DNA from: Pyrobaculum aerophilum str. IM2
GTDB lineage: Archaea; Thermoproteota; Thermoprotei; Thermoproteales; Thermoproteaceae
Assembly: GCF_000007225.1 (NCBI RefSeq)
Contig: NC_003364.1
Coordinates: forward strand, 600,001 to 632,000
Reading direction: 5' to 3'
DNA length: 32,000 bases
Part shown: in pieces, positions 8,030-17,460 of the stretch
Position numbering within the stretch: position 1 is the stretch's first letter
How the letters are laid out: each line of letters starts with the position of its first letter
Notes under the pieces: model-generated
Databases searched by the model: none
Seen by the model: the letters and a program-made list of their open reading frames with translations, nothing else
Told to the model about the DNA's origin: nothing
Position numbers and translations under genes: made by a program

Positions 8030-9001
8030 TTATACCGCATATATCGGCCTCCCTGTCCTGAAGAACGAGACCACGTTCTCGGCGGCGAGCTCCGCCATCC
8101 GGCGCCTCGTCTCCACAGTCGCGGAGCCGATGTGCGGAGTCAACACCACGTTATCCATAGACGCTAGCTTGTGGCGCGCCGGGAGGGGCTCCACGTCGAA
8201 TACGTCAAGGGCGGCGCCGGCCAAAACCCCGGCCTCCAGGGCCTCAATAAGGGCGTCTGTATCCACCAGCCCGCCCCTCGCCACGTTTATAAAGTAGGCC
8301 CCCCTCTTGACCTTAGCAAAACGCTCCCTGTTGAAAAACCATCGGGTCTCAGGTGTGAGGGCCATGGTCAAGAATATGAAGTCGCTGGAGGACAGTAGGG
8401 AGTCTAGCTCCATATACTCAATCCCCAGGGCGAACTCCACCTCTGGCTTGCGCCTCCTGCTCCAATACGCCACTTCTATGTCAAAGGCCTTAAGCCTGCG
8501 GGCAATAGCCACGCCGATGTTGCCAAGGCCGACGATACCCGCCCTTTTTCCCCTTAGATTAACTCCCATGAGACTCCCCCACACAGCGTCGGCGGCGCCG
8601 CTCCGTATGAGGCGGTCGCCTAAGGCTATTTTCCTCGTCACTGCGATGAGGAGGCCGACGGCCAAATCGGCGACAGCGTCTACTAAGACATAAGGCGTGT
8701 GGGCCACCACCACGCCCTTTCTCTTGGCGTACTCCACGTCGATGTGGTCCACCCCCACAGACGCTGTGGACACGATCTTCAGCTTTTCCCCGGCGTCTAA
8801 TACCTCTTTATCAATTACGTCTCCAATGAAGATAACCAGCGCCTCACAACGCCTAGCCGCGTCAATTAAAACCTCCTTGGGGACTCCCCTAGTTGACCAG
8901 GGAGATCCGCCGTGGCGGTACACCTCGACGCGGCCCACCTCCTCAAGTTTTTTATACATGGACTCGGGAAATCCCTCGCGCGACACGAATATACACGGCA
9001 T
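8030..9001 (-). CDS. D-isomer-specific 2-hydroxyacid dehydrogenase (glyoxylate/hydroxypyruvate reductase-like)
   Basis: 323 aa. NAD-binding GIVGLGNIGVAIARRLKAFD, plus NVARGGLVD and the catalytic-His region LTPHIGSAT. Confidence 0.9.
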   Translation of the reverse strand: MPCIFVSREGFPESMYKKLEEVGRVEVYRHGGSPWSTRGVPKEVLIDAARRCEALVIFIGDVIDKEVLDAGEKLKIVSTASVGVDHIDVEYAKRKGVVVAHTPYVLVDAVADLAVGLLIAVTRKIALGDRLIRSGAADAVWGSLMGVNLRGKRAGIVGLGNIGVAIARRLKAFDIEVAYWSRRRKPEVEFALGIEYMELDSLLSSSDFIFLTMALTPETRWFFNRERFAKVKRGAYFINVARGGLVDTDALIEALEAGVLAGAALDVFDVEPLPARHKLASMDNVVLTPHIGSATVETRRRMAELAAENVVSFFRTGRPIYAV

Positions 9002-9091
9002 GCCTAGTACTAAATTACGTCAATAAAAACTTGACATTTTTAACATTAGTCGAAATAGATAAGGTTAAATAATGGAAAATATATAAGGGAT

Positions 9092-9619
9092 ATGGGCCTT
9101 TTAGAAGTGAGGTTTCACGGCCGCGGGGGGCAGGGCATGGTCACAGCGGCGCAAGTATTGGCGGCAGCGGCTATTTTAGAGGGGAAGTACGCACAAGCTT
9201 TCCCCGAGTTCGGCCCCGAGCGCCGGGGAGCTCCCGTCAAGTCGTACTTGCGCATATCAGACAGGCCGATTTACATCAGAGAGCCCATCTTGCGCCCAGA
9301 CGTAATAGTAGTCGCAGACCAGTCTCTGTTCAAGGCGGAGAATCCCTTTGAGGGTGCGAAGGAAAACACCATCCTAGTGGTAAACGGCGCATACAAGGCG
9401 CCCATAAAGACATATTATGTAGACGCAACTTCTCTCGCGATGAAAGTATTGGGCAGGCCTATAGTAAACACGGCGATAATCGGCGCCGTGGTGAAGGCAA
9501 CGGGCCTAGTGTCGCTGTCCTCAGTAGCCGAGGCTTTAAAGAAATATTTCTCCGGGAGGCTGTACGACTTGAATTTAAAACTTGTGGAAATGGCCTATCA
9601 AGAGACAGTGGGGCTATGA
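9092..9619 (+). CDS. porG: 2-oxoacid (pyruvate/2-ketoisovalerate):ferredoxin oxidoreductase, gamma subunit
   Basis: 175 aa with FHGRGGQGMVTAAQVL. First gene of a gamma-delta-alpha-beta operon; stop overlaps the next ATG. POR versus VOR specificity cannot be decided from the sequence. Confidence 0.88.
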   Translation: MGLLEVRFHGRGGQGMVTAAQVLAAAAILEGKYAQAFPEFGPERRGAPVKSYLRISDRPIYIREPILRPDVIVVADQSLFKAENPFEGAKENTILVVNGAYKAPIKTYYVDATSLAMKVLGRPIVNTAIIGAVVKATGLVSLSSVAEALKKYFSGRLYDLNLKLVEMAYQETVGL

Positions 9620-9924
9620 CGTTGCCAAAGGCGACTGAATTACCAATAGGCGCGGTGATTACGCAGCCAGGTTCCACGCGGCGCAATCTAACAGCTGGCT
9701 GGAGGACGCTCAAGCCGGTGATACACGACGACAGATGTATAAGATGCCAGCTATGTTGGCTCTACTGCCCCGAGGGGACAATAGCGGAAATAAAAGGCGT
9801 CTTCAAGGTAGGTAATAAGACTTACGACGTAAAATACGAGGTTATATACGACTACTGCAAGGGTTGCGGCATATGCGCAAATGAATGTCCAACTAAGGCT
9901 ATAGAGATGGTGCCGGAACCATGA
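9616..9924 (+). CDS. porD: 2-oxoacid:ferredoxin oxidoreductase, delta (2x[4Fe-4S] ferredoxin-like) subunit
   Basis: 102 aa with two cluster motifs, CIRCQLCWLYCP and CKGCGICANECP. ATGA overlaps on both sides. Confidence 0.9.
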   Translation: MTLPKATELPIGAVITQPGSTRRNLTAGWRTLKPVIHDDRCIRCQLCWLYCPEGTIAEIKGVFKVGNKTYDVKYEVIYDYCKGCGICANECPTKAIEMVPEP

Positions 9925-11102
9925 TGCAAGTACAAAAGGCTAAACACGTGGAGGCGTTGACGAGCAACTATGCAGTGGCCTACGCCGTGAAGGCCGCCGA
10001 TGTTGACGTAATAGCGGTCTACCCAATTACGCCTCAGACTACAATCGTCGAAAAGCTCTCCGAGTTTGTCGCTAACGGCGAGTTAAACGCCGAGTTAATC
10101 CACGCAGAGTCAGAGCACTCGGCCCTTTCAGCGGTGGTGGGAGCCGCGGCGACAGGGGCGAGGGTGTTCACAGCCACGTCAAGCCAGGGCTTGGAGCTAG
10201 CGCATGAAGTGCTCCATATAGCCAGCGGAATGAGGCTCCCCATTGTAATAGCCGTGCCAACAAGGGCCGTTTCGGCGCCCATATCTATTCACAACGACTA
10301 CGGCGATGTTATGAACGCCAGAGATACCGGCTGGGTTATACTAATTGCGGCCTCGGCCCAAGAGGTGTACGACACAGTGATACAGGCCTACAGACTTGCC
10401 GAGTCCGTCTACCTGCCCGTAATAGTGGCTTATGACGGCTTTCTCATGTCCCACACAGTAGAGCCAGTGGAGTTAAACGAAGAGGAGGAAGTGAGGAAAT
10501 TCCTGCCCCGCGTGGTTAGGCCGTATACGCTGAACCCCAAGCGCCCAGTGACCATGGGCCCCTTGGCGTCGCCTGACTGGTATTACGAGTTTAAATATCA
10601 GCAGGTACTGGCTCTGAGGGAGGCTTACAAAATTGCAAAGGAGGTGGATGCCGAGTATGGACGCCGCTTTGGGCGGAGCTACGGCGTTTTGGAGACCTAT
10701 AGAATGGAAGACGCCGACTATGCGATAGTCACATACGGAGGGGCGGCGTTTGGAAACGCCAAGGCGGCGGCGGATATGGCGAGGGAGAGGGGCATAGCAG
10801 CCGGCGTGGTTAGAGTGAGGCTCTACAGGCCCTTCCCAACTGCGGACATCTTAAAGGCCCTTGCCGGCGTCAAGGCCTTTGCTGTGCTGGACAGAGCTAT
10901 AATGTTTGGAAGCCCTGCGGAGGGTCCCCTTTATAAAGACATAGCAACTGCCATGTTTATGAACGGCGTGGATAAGCCGGCTCTAAATGTAATCCACGGC
11001 ATAGGCCAGCGCACTATGTACGTCGAGGATATGTATAAAATATATACCATGTTAAGGGATCAGCCGAGGAAAGAGGTAATTTTCATGGGGGTGAGGATAT
11101 GA
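9921..11102 (+). CDS. porA: 2-oxoacid:ferredoxin oxidoreductase, alpha subunit
   Basis: 393 aa. ..AVYPITPQTTIVE.. and ..HAESEHSA.. are typical of OFOR alpha subunits. Translationally coupled to its neighbours. Confidence 0.9.
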   Translation: MMQVQKAKHVEALTSNYAVAYAVKAADVDVIAVYPITPQTTIVEKLSEFVANGELNAELIHAESEHSALSAVVGAAATGARVFTATSSQGLELAHEVLHIASGMRLPIVIAVPTRAVSAPISIHNDYGDVMNARDTGWVILIAASAQEVYDTVIQAYRLAESVYLPVIVAYDGFLMSHTVEPVELNEEEEVRKFLPRVVRPYTLNPKRPVTMGPLASPDWYYEFKYQQVLALREAYKIAKEVDAEYGRRFGRSYGVLETYRMEDADYAIVTYGGAAFGNAKAAADMARERGIAAGVVRVRLYRPFPTADILKALAGVKAFAVLDRAIMFGSPAEGPLYKDIATAMFMNGVDKPALNVIHGIGQRTMYVEDMYKIYTMLRDQPRKEVIFMGVRI

Positions 11103-12043
11103 AGCTCTATTACCGTACGTTAAAAGACCTTCCAAGAGAGGAGCTGTTCGCCCCAGGCCACAGAATGTGCGCCGGCTGTGGAGCGGCTATTGCCATGAGG
11201 TGGATAACAAAGACAATTGGACCAAACGCAATTATATCAAACGCCACTGGATGTGTAGAAGTGACTACGACTCCATATCCGGAAACTGCGTGGATGCATC
11301 CGTACATACACGTGGCGTTTGAAAACTCTGCCGCAGTTGCCTCTGGAATAGAAGCGGCGATAAAAGCTCTAAAGAGAAAGGGCTTGTGGGATTCGGGAGA
11401 TACTAAAGTTGTTGTAATTGCAGGAGATGGCGGTACGTACGACATTGGGCTACAGTCTCTCAGCGGGATGTTAGAGAGGAGGCACGGCGTCTTGTATATA
11501 CTGTACGACAACGAGGCCTATATGAACACTGGCATCCAGAGGAGCGGGTCAACGCCGAAATACGCGTGGACGACCACGACTCCTGTCGGAACCGCGGTAA
11601 AGGGAAAGATCCAGTGGAAGAAGGACATCATGGGCATTGTAATGGCGCACAGAATTCCCTACGCCGCCACGGCCAGCATATCTCATATACTCGACATGGT
11701 TAACAAGATTAAAACAGCTCTTGACTACACTGCGGAAGGGCCCGCCTTCTTGCACATCTTCGCCCCCTGCGTCCCGGGGTGGCGGTACCCAGAGAATAAA
11801 ACCGTGGAGGTGGCTAGACTCGCCGTGGAGACGGGCTACTTCCCGCTCTACGAGTGGGACCACGGCAAGCTGAGGCTCAACCCGCCCAGCAATGCGCACT
11901 TAGATAAGTCGAAGAGAAAGCCGCTGAAGGACTTCCTCAAACTTCAAGGCAGATTCGCCCACCTCACCGAGGAGGAAATCGCCGAGATAGAGAGGGAGCT
12001 AGACGCATATTGGGAGTACTTGGCGAAACTCGCACAACTCTAA
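11099..12043 (+). CDS. porB: 2-oxoacid:ferredoxin oxidoreductase, beta (TPP-binding) subunit
   Basis: 314 aa with Cys motif HRMCAGCG and TPP motif IAGDGGTYDIG...YDNEAYMNTG. A T5 run follows the stop directly. Confidence 0.9.
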   Translation: MKLYYRTLKDLPREELFAPGHRMCAGCGAAIAMRWITKTIGPNAIISNATGCVEVTTTPYPETAWMHPYIHVAFENSAAVASGIEAAIKALKRKGLWDSGDTKVVVIAGDGGTYDIGLQSLSGMLERRHGVLYILYDNEAYMNTGIQRSGSTPKYAWTTTTPVGTAVKGKIQWKKDIMGIVMAHRIPYAATASISHILDMVNKIKTALDYTAEGPAFLHIFAPCVPGWRYPENKTVEVARLAVETGYFPLYEWDHGKLRLNPPSNAHLDKSKRKPLKDFLKLQGRFAHLTEEEIAEIERELDAYWEYLAKLAQL

Positions 12044-12136
12044 AGTTTTTAAAGCTGCTATATATTACAGCAGTATCATATACATGAGAGCTGTTCAATA
12101 AGTGCTGGGATTAAAAAAAGTGCATGTCTTCTCCAC

Positions 12137-14017
12137 ATGACCAAAATATTCCTAATAACGCTAGGGTTAGCCGCGTTAATCTTGGCGGCAACAACCGTGG
12201 TAATCCCGCCTACTGCAAAACTCGAACAAATAGCTTACAAAGTCGAGGAGACTACTATAAAAATTCAGGGGACTGGCTTCACCACTATAGCTAAGCCTTA
12301 CGTAACTCCTGGAGAGGGGTATGTCTACGCTGGGATGAAGATAGAATTCCTCGGCGCTTATCCGTCTATACAAGTAGCCGCTGACGGCCAGTTGAGCAAG
12401 ACTTTTGACCAAAACGGCTTTGTCTCGGCTGTATACGTGGGGCCCGACGCCTCTAAGGTCACTTTAGTAAACACGGCGAAGGAGCAAGTGGAGGTTAAAT
12501 TAAGGATAACATACAGCTACGTAAAGGCCACGTACATACCGCTGAGCGGCGACATGGTTATAGAGGTCAACGTCCCCGACGGCAAGTTAGCCCAGGGCTT
12601 TAACGCCATGGCGAGGCTCACAATCGAGCCCTACGCCCCTTACGTAATAAAGGCGGTGGAGAGGCCGGACGGCACGCCCGCCACTGTGTACAGAGTAGAG
12701 CCCAAGGTCGTTGAAATTAACACTCCGGGCAAGTACAAGGTGTCAATAACGCAAGGAGACTCCATGCCGGCCGCTATATTAGTAAAGAGCTTATCAAAAC
12801 AGACTGCTACTGTGTCCGCCAATGGGGAATTCGCCGTGTCTGGGGCTGAGATAGGAGTTCCCCAGGGCTGGAAACTGCTGGGATATGCTGTGTTTGCCTA
12901 CACAGCCGATGCTAATATAATTGGGAAAGAGGTGGCCGGTGACATTAACATCGCGGGCGGGCTTGTGGACGTGATAACAGATGTGAACCAGAATATCATA
13001 GTCAAGAGCGTGAGCTATCTAGTGCCCCCAGTGTGGAACTTTAACATTAGGTACAAAATAGCGCTAGTATACGGCGAGCAGTTTAAGATTTCTAACAGCC
13101 TCCCCAGCGCTGTCAACGTGATTTACATACCCATAGTCTATAAGGAGGCCCAGGTGAAGTGGCTGACCGACCGCGCCTTGGTTAACGTCACAGAGGCAGA
13201 TGTGGCGGACGGGCAGTGGACGGCGGTTGTAATGCAGTTGCCGGAGCTGGCGAGGATAGTTGCCATTAGAACACCTGGAAACGCCATGATTTCAAACGCC
13301 ACAGACGTAAGGCTAGTGTGGGGTAGCGGCTTGAGGGCGGCTTCAATTTCGCCGGACGGGAGACAGGCCTATTTAGTTGTGCAAATTGGAGACACAAAGG
13401 AGACGGGCGTCTACACCTTCTTAATTAACTGGTCGCCTATGCGCATACCTGTAGTGGACACAAAAGGCAGGCCAGTGGGCTCGTTGTCTGCTGTGGCCGA
13501 CAAGTTCGAGGCCTCAGCCGCCGTGGGCTACGTGGAGGTGAAGGTCTACAAGCCCGAGCCCTTCACGCTGGACATAAGCTACAAGGGCGTCAAGGCGGCT
13601 CAAGTTATTGTAAACTCGCTAGTCGCCAGCCCGCAGCCGGTCACTCTGGGCATATACAACGTAAAGATAGTGGTAGTCGGCGCGTTGAACCAGCCCATTA
13701 GTGAGGCGTCTGTGTCCATTGACGGATTCCCCGCCTCCGGTAAAACAGACGGGTCCGGGGCGGTGGTCTTTAAAGACGTGCTGGCGGGGAGCTACAAGGT
13801 GAATATAGACGTCGGGGGCAGAGTTAAGACAAGCGCGGACCTAGAGGTAAACGGCGACGTTGAAAAAATAGTGAAGACGCCTATAGTGGCTATAGTGGGC
13901 GGAGTGCCCATCACCACGCTAGACGCCATTGCCACGGCCGGAGGCCTTTCGGCGGCTGGCTTGTACTTCGCCTTAACTCGCAGGAGGCAACCTGTTGCCG
14001 AGGTTGAACAAATTTAA
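12137..14017 (+). CDS. Large cell-surface protein, hypothetical (signal peptide, beta-rich body, CarboxypepD_reg-like domain, C-terminal TM anchor)
   Basis: 626 aa. N-terminus MTKIFLITLGLAALILAATTVV. Near the C-terminus, ..VKIVVVGALNQPISEASVSIDGFPASGKTDGSGAVVFKDVLAGSYKVNIDVGG.. resembles a carboxypeptidase-regulatory-like beta-sandwich. Ends with the hydrophobic GGLSAAGLYFAL followed by TRRRQ. Confidence 0.75.
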   Translation: MTKIFLITLGLAALILAATTVVIPPTAKLEQIAYKVEETTIKIQGTGFTTIAKPYVTPGEGYVYAGMKIEFLGAYPSIQVAADGQLSKTFDQNGFVSAVYVGPDASKVTLVNTAKEQVEVKLRITYSYVKATYIPLSGDMVIEVNVPDGKLAQGFNAMARLTIEPYAPYVIKAVERPDGTPATVYRVEPKVVEINTPGKYKVSITQGDSMPAAILVKSLSKQTATVSANGEFAVSGAEIGVPQGWKLLGYAVFAYTADANIIGKEVAGDINIAGGLVDVITDVNQNIIVKSVSYLVPPVWNFNIRYKIALVYGEQFKISNSLPSAVNVIYIPIVYKEAQVKWLTDRALVNVTEADVADGQWTAVVMQLPELARIVAIRTPGNAMISNATDVRLVWGSGLRAASISPDGRQAYLVVQIGDTKETGVYTFLINWSPMRIPVVDTKGRPVGSLSAVADKFEASAAVGYVEVKVYKPEPFTLDISYKGVKAAQVIVNSLVASPQPVTLGIYNVKIVVVGALNQPISEASVSIDGFPASGKTDGSGAVVFKDVLAGSYKVNIDVGGRVKTSADLEVNGDVEKIVKTPIVAIVGGVPITTLDAIATAGGLSAAGLYFALTRRRQPVAEVEQI

Positions 14018-14063
14018 TTTTTCCCAAAACTACCATTTTTAAACAACCACTTCTCTTTTTCCC

Positions 14064-14405
14064 ATGCCTATTGTCAAGATCCATTTGGACGACAGAGGCG
14101 AGCCTATTGCCCGTATAGTAGAGGAAGACGGCCTTTACGTAGTCTCCATGGACGTTTTTAAAGAAGTGGGGAGGTTTCCTGAGGGGGGTGAGACGCTGGA
14201 AATAACTGAGAGGTATAAAATAGTGGTGAAGAAGAGGGAGCTGATGGGCGGAGTTTGCGAATTTGTATACTTCCAATTCCCGGGGGGGACTCAGTTGATA
14301 AACGTTAAGTACGTGGGGCCCGACCCCCCTGAGGCGGTCATCCCGGCATTAGCGGAGGCCGTGGACGAGGAGGTAAGCCCCGGCGAAAAAAACCGCGACA
14401 ATTAA
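14064..14405 (+). CDS. Hypothetical small cytoplasmic protein
   Basis: 113 aa. ATG with TATA-like CATTTTTAAAC about 25-30 nt upstream. No family recognised. The acidic C-terminal tail overlaps the convergent ORF 14349-14573. Confidence 0.5.
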   Translation: MPIVKIHLDDRGEPIARIVEEDGLYVVSMDVFKEVGRFPEGGETLEITERYKIVVKKRELMGGVCEFVYFQFPGGTQLINVKYVGPDPPEAVIPALAEAVDEEVSPGEKNRDN

Positions 14406-14573
14406 GGCAATTACTGCGAGTTCTTTTTTCGTTGGCTTTTTGTAGCCGGGCGGGGACTTGAATACCATGGCTAAGTACGTCGCCAGTAATAACAGTGCGT
14501 ATACTGCCGATGCTATGGCTACTGCCGTAAGGGAGTCCACGGTGTTTTTTAAAATTTTAGCTTTTATATTCAC
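14349..14573 (-). CDS. Possible small two-TM membrane protein
   Basis: 74 aa with two clear hydrophobic segments separated by KSPPGYKKPTKKE. Weaknesses: GTG start only 14 nt from the divergent GH57 start, no obvious TATA box, and a 57-nt overlap with the 3' end of 14064-14405. Confidence 0.35.
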   Translation of the reverse strand: MNIKAKILKNTVDSLTAVAIASAVYALLLLATYLAMVFKSPPGYKKPTKKELAVIALIVAVFFAGAYLLVHGLR

Positions 14574-14587
14574 GTCCGCATTGTTGT

Positions 14588-16003
14588 GTGATTGTATTTC
14601 ACTTGCACCTCTACCAGCCTGAGAGGGCCGATCCGTGGCTGGAGATTATTCTCCCTGAGCCCTCAGCCTCTCCGTATAGACACTGGAATGAGAGAGTGTC
14701 GCGGGAGTGTTACGAGCCAAACGCCGAGTTGGGGAATTACAATTGGGTGAGCTTCGACGTGGGGCCGCCTCTGTTGAGCTGGCTGAAGGCGCACAGGCCC
14801 CTGGTCTTCAAGGCGTTGTTAGACGGCGACAGGGCGGGGATGGAGAAGTGGGGGCATGGAAACGCCATAGCTCACCCCTTTTACCACGTAATTCTCCCAC
14901 TTATCCCTCCGCGGGATAGAGATGTGTTAATATACTGGGGAGTGGAGTACTTCAAGAGGTTTTTCAAGAGGAGCCCAGAGGGCATGTGGCTCCCCGAAAT
15001 GGCCGTGGATGTACAGACGTTAGAAGCCCTCGTGGACAACGGCATAACTTATACAGTCCTTACCCAGAGCCAAGTCAAGGGAGGCCGCCAGGGCGGGCCC
15101 TTTAAAGTAGTCCTCCCCAGTGGGCGGAGCATAGCGGTTTTTGTAAGAGATGAAGGCCTTTCTAACACGTTGGCTTTTTCAGGTTTTGAGAAGTTTGCGG
15201 AGTTATTGAAGAGCGTGTCGGGCGATGTGGTTATTGCATTAGACGGGGAGACTTTCGGCCACCATTTAAAAGGAGGGGATAAGATGCTCGCCGAGTTTAT
15301 AAAGTCGAGGGCTAATGAGCTGGGCAACCTCGGCTTGTTATACGAAAGGGGGTATAGGGGCGAGGTGGAGATCGTTGAGAGGACGTCGTGGAGTTGCCCC
15401 CACGGCCTCGGCAGGTGGAGCCGCGACTGTGGATGTGACGGCCCTGCGCCGTGGAGGGAGGGGCTTAGGAAGCTGGTGGACTGGGTTGGGGAGCAAGTGG
15501 ACAGGGTTTTTGAGAGCAGGCTCGGCCTGCGCGGCTGGGAGCTACTCAGGGGATATATAGAGGTGTTAATGGGCGGCGACAACTCGAAGTATACAACAGA
15601 ACAATTGAGGCTGTTGGAGGCCCAGCGCGCCAAATTGGCCGCTAATACCAGCGATGCGTGGTTTTTCGCGAGAGTGGGCATTGAGTTTGGAATAGCTGTA
15701 AAGTGGGCGCTGAGGGCTCTGGAGCTGTTAGGCGACGACAATATAATTAGGGAGTTCTACAAGAAGTTAGACGAGCTGGCGGTAAACGGCAAAACCGCTG
15801 AGTTCTTCTGCCCGAAGATAAGGGGGCCTTTAATGGCGGCCATGATGTATATTTCACTGGCCACAGCCGGCCGCGCCCCAGAGCGAATTGGGCCCTATTT
15901 CATTAAGCCCGTTAACGACGAATTTGAAATTATAGACTCCAGGACGCGGGAGGTGTTTAGGTTTAGACACGACCTCCTCTGGGGAGTCGTGCAAAGCTTT
16001 TAA
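14588..16003 (+). CDS. Glycoside hydrolase family 57 protein (alpha-glucan-active)
   Basis: 471 aa. GH57 regions FHLHLYQP, GMWLPEMAV (nucleophile Glu region) and ALDGETFGHH (acid/base Asp region). GTG start with CTTTTATATT box about 25 nt upstream. Confidence 0.85.
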   Translation: MIVFHLHLYQPERADPWLEIILPEPSASPYRHWNERVSRECYEPNAELGNYNWVSFDVGPPLLSWLKAHRPLVFKALLDGDRAGMEKWGHGNAIAHPFYHVILPLIPPRDRDVLIYWGVEYFKRFFKRSPEGMWLPEMAVDVQTLEALVDNGITYTVLTQSQVKGGRQGGPFKVVLPSGRSIAVFVRDEGLSNTLAFSGFEKFAELLKSVSGDVVIALDGETFGHHLKGGDKMLAEFIKSRANELGNLGLLYERGYRGEVEIVERTSWSCPHGLGRWSRDCGCDGPAPWREGLRKLVDWVGEQVDRVFESRLGLRGWELLRGYIEVLMGGDNSKYTTEQLRLLEAQRAKLAANTSDAWFFARVGIEFGIAVKWALRALELLGDDNIIREFYKKLDELAVNGKTAEFFCPKIRGPLMAAMMYISLATAGRAPERIGPYFIKPVNDEFEIIDSRTREVFRFRHDLLWGVVQSF

Positions 16004-16005
16004 AT

Positions 16006-17235
16006 ATGGCTGTGTTAGGCGACATGCGTTTAGCAGCGTCATATGTGCCGATTCTAATCGCCCGCATAGGCTCAGGTGCCAGTGCCTTTCTAGTGGTAAA
16101 ACTCGCCAGCGGCGGCAAATTAGAGGCCGGGGTTGTCTTAGCGGCGTATCCATTTCTTGAGGCCCTCGGGGCTTTAATCGCGGGGAGGTGGTCTGATACG
16201 CTTGGCCGCAAGAAGACGCTTGTATTAGGCTACGTCGCGAGATCGCTGGCCATGCTCCTCTTGGCGTGGGCATTCTACACCCACGAAACGCCGTGGCTTG
16301 AGGCGATTTTAAACGGAGTAATTGGCCTCACTACTGCTTTTATCCTCACGGCGTCGTTAGCGATGGCGACGGATTTAACTGAGGTTAGGAACAGGGGATT
16401 GGGCATGGGGGGCTTCGAGTTTATAAACCTGGCCAGCTACGGCGTTGGGTATTTAATTGGGTCTGCGCTCTACTCCATCTTCCAAGGGCCTGCCGCTTAT
16501 TTAACAATTGCCCTACTCACTGTCTTTGCGACGCCAGTTTTTGCGAAATACTTGCCAGAGACAAGGCCGGTGGCGCCCGCCGGAGGGGTGTTTTTGCTGT
16601 CCGTCCTCCCGCCGTCTGCAGTGGTGTTATTGCCCGTCTGGTTTGCCCTTACGACAATAATAGGCCTGGGCATGTACGCGCCCCGCGTGTTGCAAGTGGA
16701 AGGCGGCGGAATAGTTAGCCACGTGGTGGGCAAAGTGGGGGAGGACTTAGTCGTTGGCCTTCTGTTCATAGGCGCCTTGGCCCTTCTAGGCGCTGGGGCT
16801 GTTTTCTTCGGGAGGCTCGCGGACAAGTGGGGGCGCGTGAAGACTTTTAGACTGGGCCTTATAGGCGGCTTGTTGGCGCTTGTAGTGCTCAATATATCGC
16901 TCCACTTCGGCTTAGGTCCGGTGGAGTCTATAGCCATCACAGCGCCGCTCCTCTTTTTAACTTCGGCTATCGGCCCCAGCATCCTCGCCTTAATAGGCGA
17001 TGAGGCTGACATAAGGTATAGGGGCACAATCATGGGCATATACAGCGTAATGCTCGGGCTGGGCATAGGCGTAGGTAGCCTTCTAGGAGGCCTCGTGGCG
17101 GCCGCGTATCACCAGGCGGAGATTAATGCCTTAGCCACCGCGGCGTTGGGGGTATACGCCGCCATGACCGCCCTCCACTTAGCCCTCTCAAAGGCGTATC
17201 AAGGCGCTTTCAGAGAAACTGCGCGGATTATATAA
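16006..17235 (+). CDS. Major facilitator superfamily transporter
   Basis: 409 aa, about 12 hydrophobic segments. MFS loop motif GRWSDTLGRKKTL is repeated in the second half as GRLADKWGRVKTF. The ATG lies 2 nt after the GH57 stop. Confidence 0.9.
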   Translation: MAVLGDMRLAASYVPILIARIGSGASAFLVVKLASGGKLEAGVVLAAYPFLEALGALIAGRWSDTLGRKKTLVLGYVARSLAMLLLAWAFYTHETPWLEAILNGVIGLTTAFILTASLAMATDLTEVRNRGLGMGGFEFINLASYGVGYLIGSALYSIFQGPAAYLTIALLTVFATPVFAKYLPETRPVAPAGGVFLLSVLPPSAVVLLPVWFALTTIIGLGMYAPRVLQVEGGGIVSHVVGKVGEDLVVGLLFIGALALLGAGAVFFGRLADKWGRVKTFRLGLIGGLLALVVLNISLHFGLGPVESIAITAPLLFLTSAIGPSILALIGDEADIRYRGTIMGIYSVMLGLGIGVGSLLGGLVAAAYHQAEINALATAALGVYAAMTALHLALSKAYQGAFRETARII

Positions 17236-17460
17236 ACCCCCTTTTTAAATCCCCAGTCCTCCAAACCGCCGGCGAAAAAATATGGTGTGACCCGACAGAG
17301 CTTGGGAGATCCCTGCCGCGTTTAAGGAGGGGCAACATTTATGAACTCCGCCAAGGGGCTGCGGCAAAATGCAGATTGACGACCCCCGCGGCCCGGGGCG
17401 CTCGGAGAGCGGTGGGTTTAGTATTTAAATAGTGGTAATTATGCGTCAATTGATGTTGGG

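Noticed and set aside
12044-12136. Imperfect inverted repeat GCTGCTATATATTACAGCAG after the OFOR operon.
   Set aside because: The stem is only 4-5 bp with mismatches. The A/T core is more simply part of the terminator T-run and promoter region of 12137.
15049-15741. 230-aa ORF antisense to the GH57 gene. Similar long antisense or out-of-frame ORFs: 2717-3115, 8307-8693, 8697-9026, 11110-11511, 11549-11899, 16497-17066, 18841-19233, 19479-19967, 23664-24263, 23770-24225, 27581-28006.
   Set aside because: All lie entirely within well-supported genes with clear family motifs. Their translations are low-complexity and Ser/Pro/Arg/Ala-rich, as is typical of shadow ORFs in GC-rich coding DNA.
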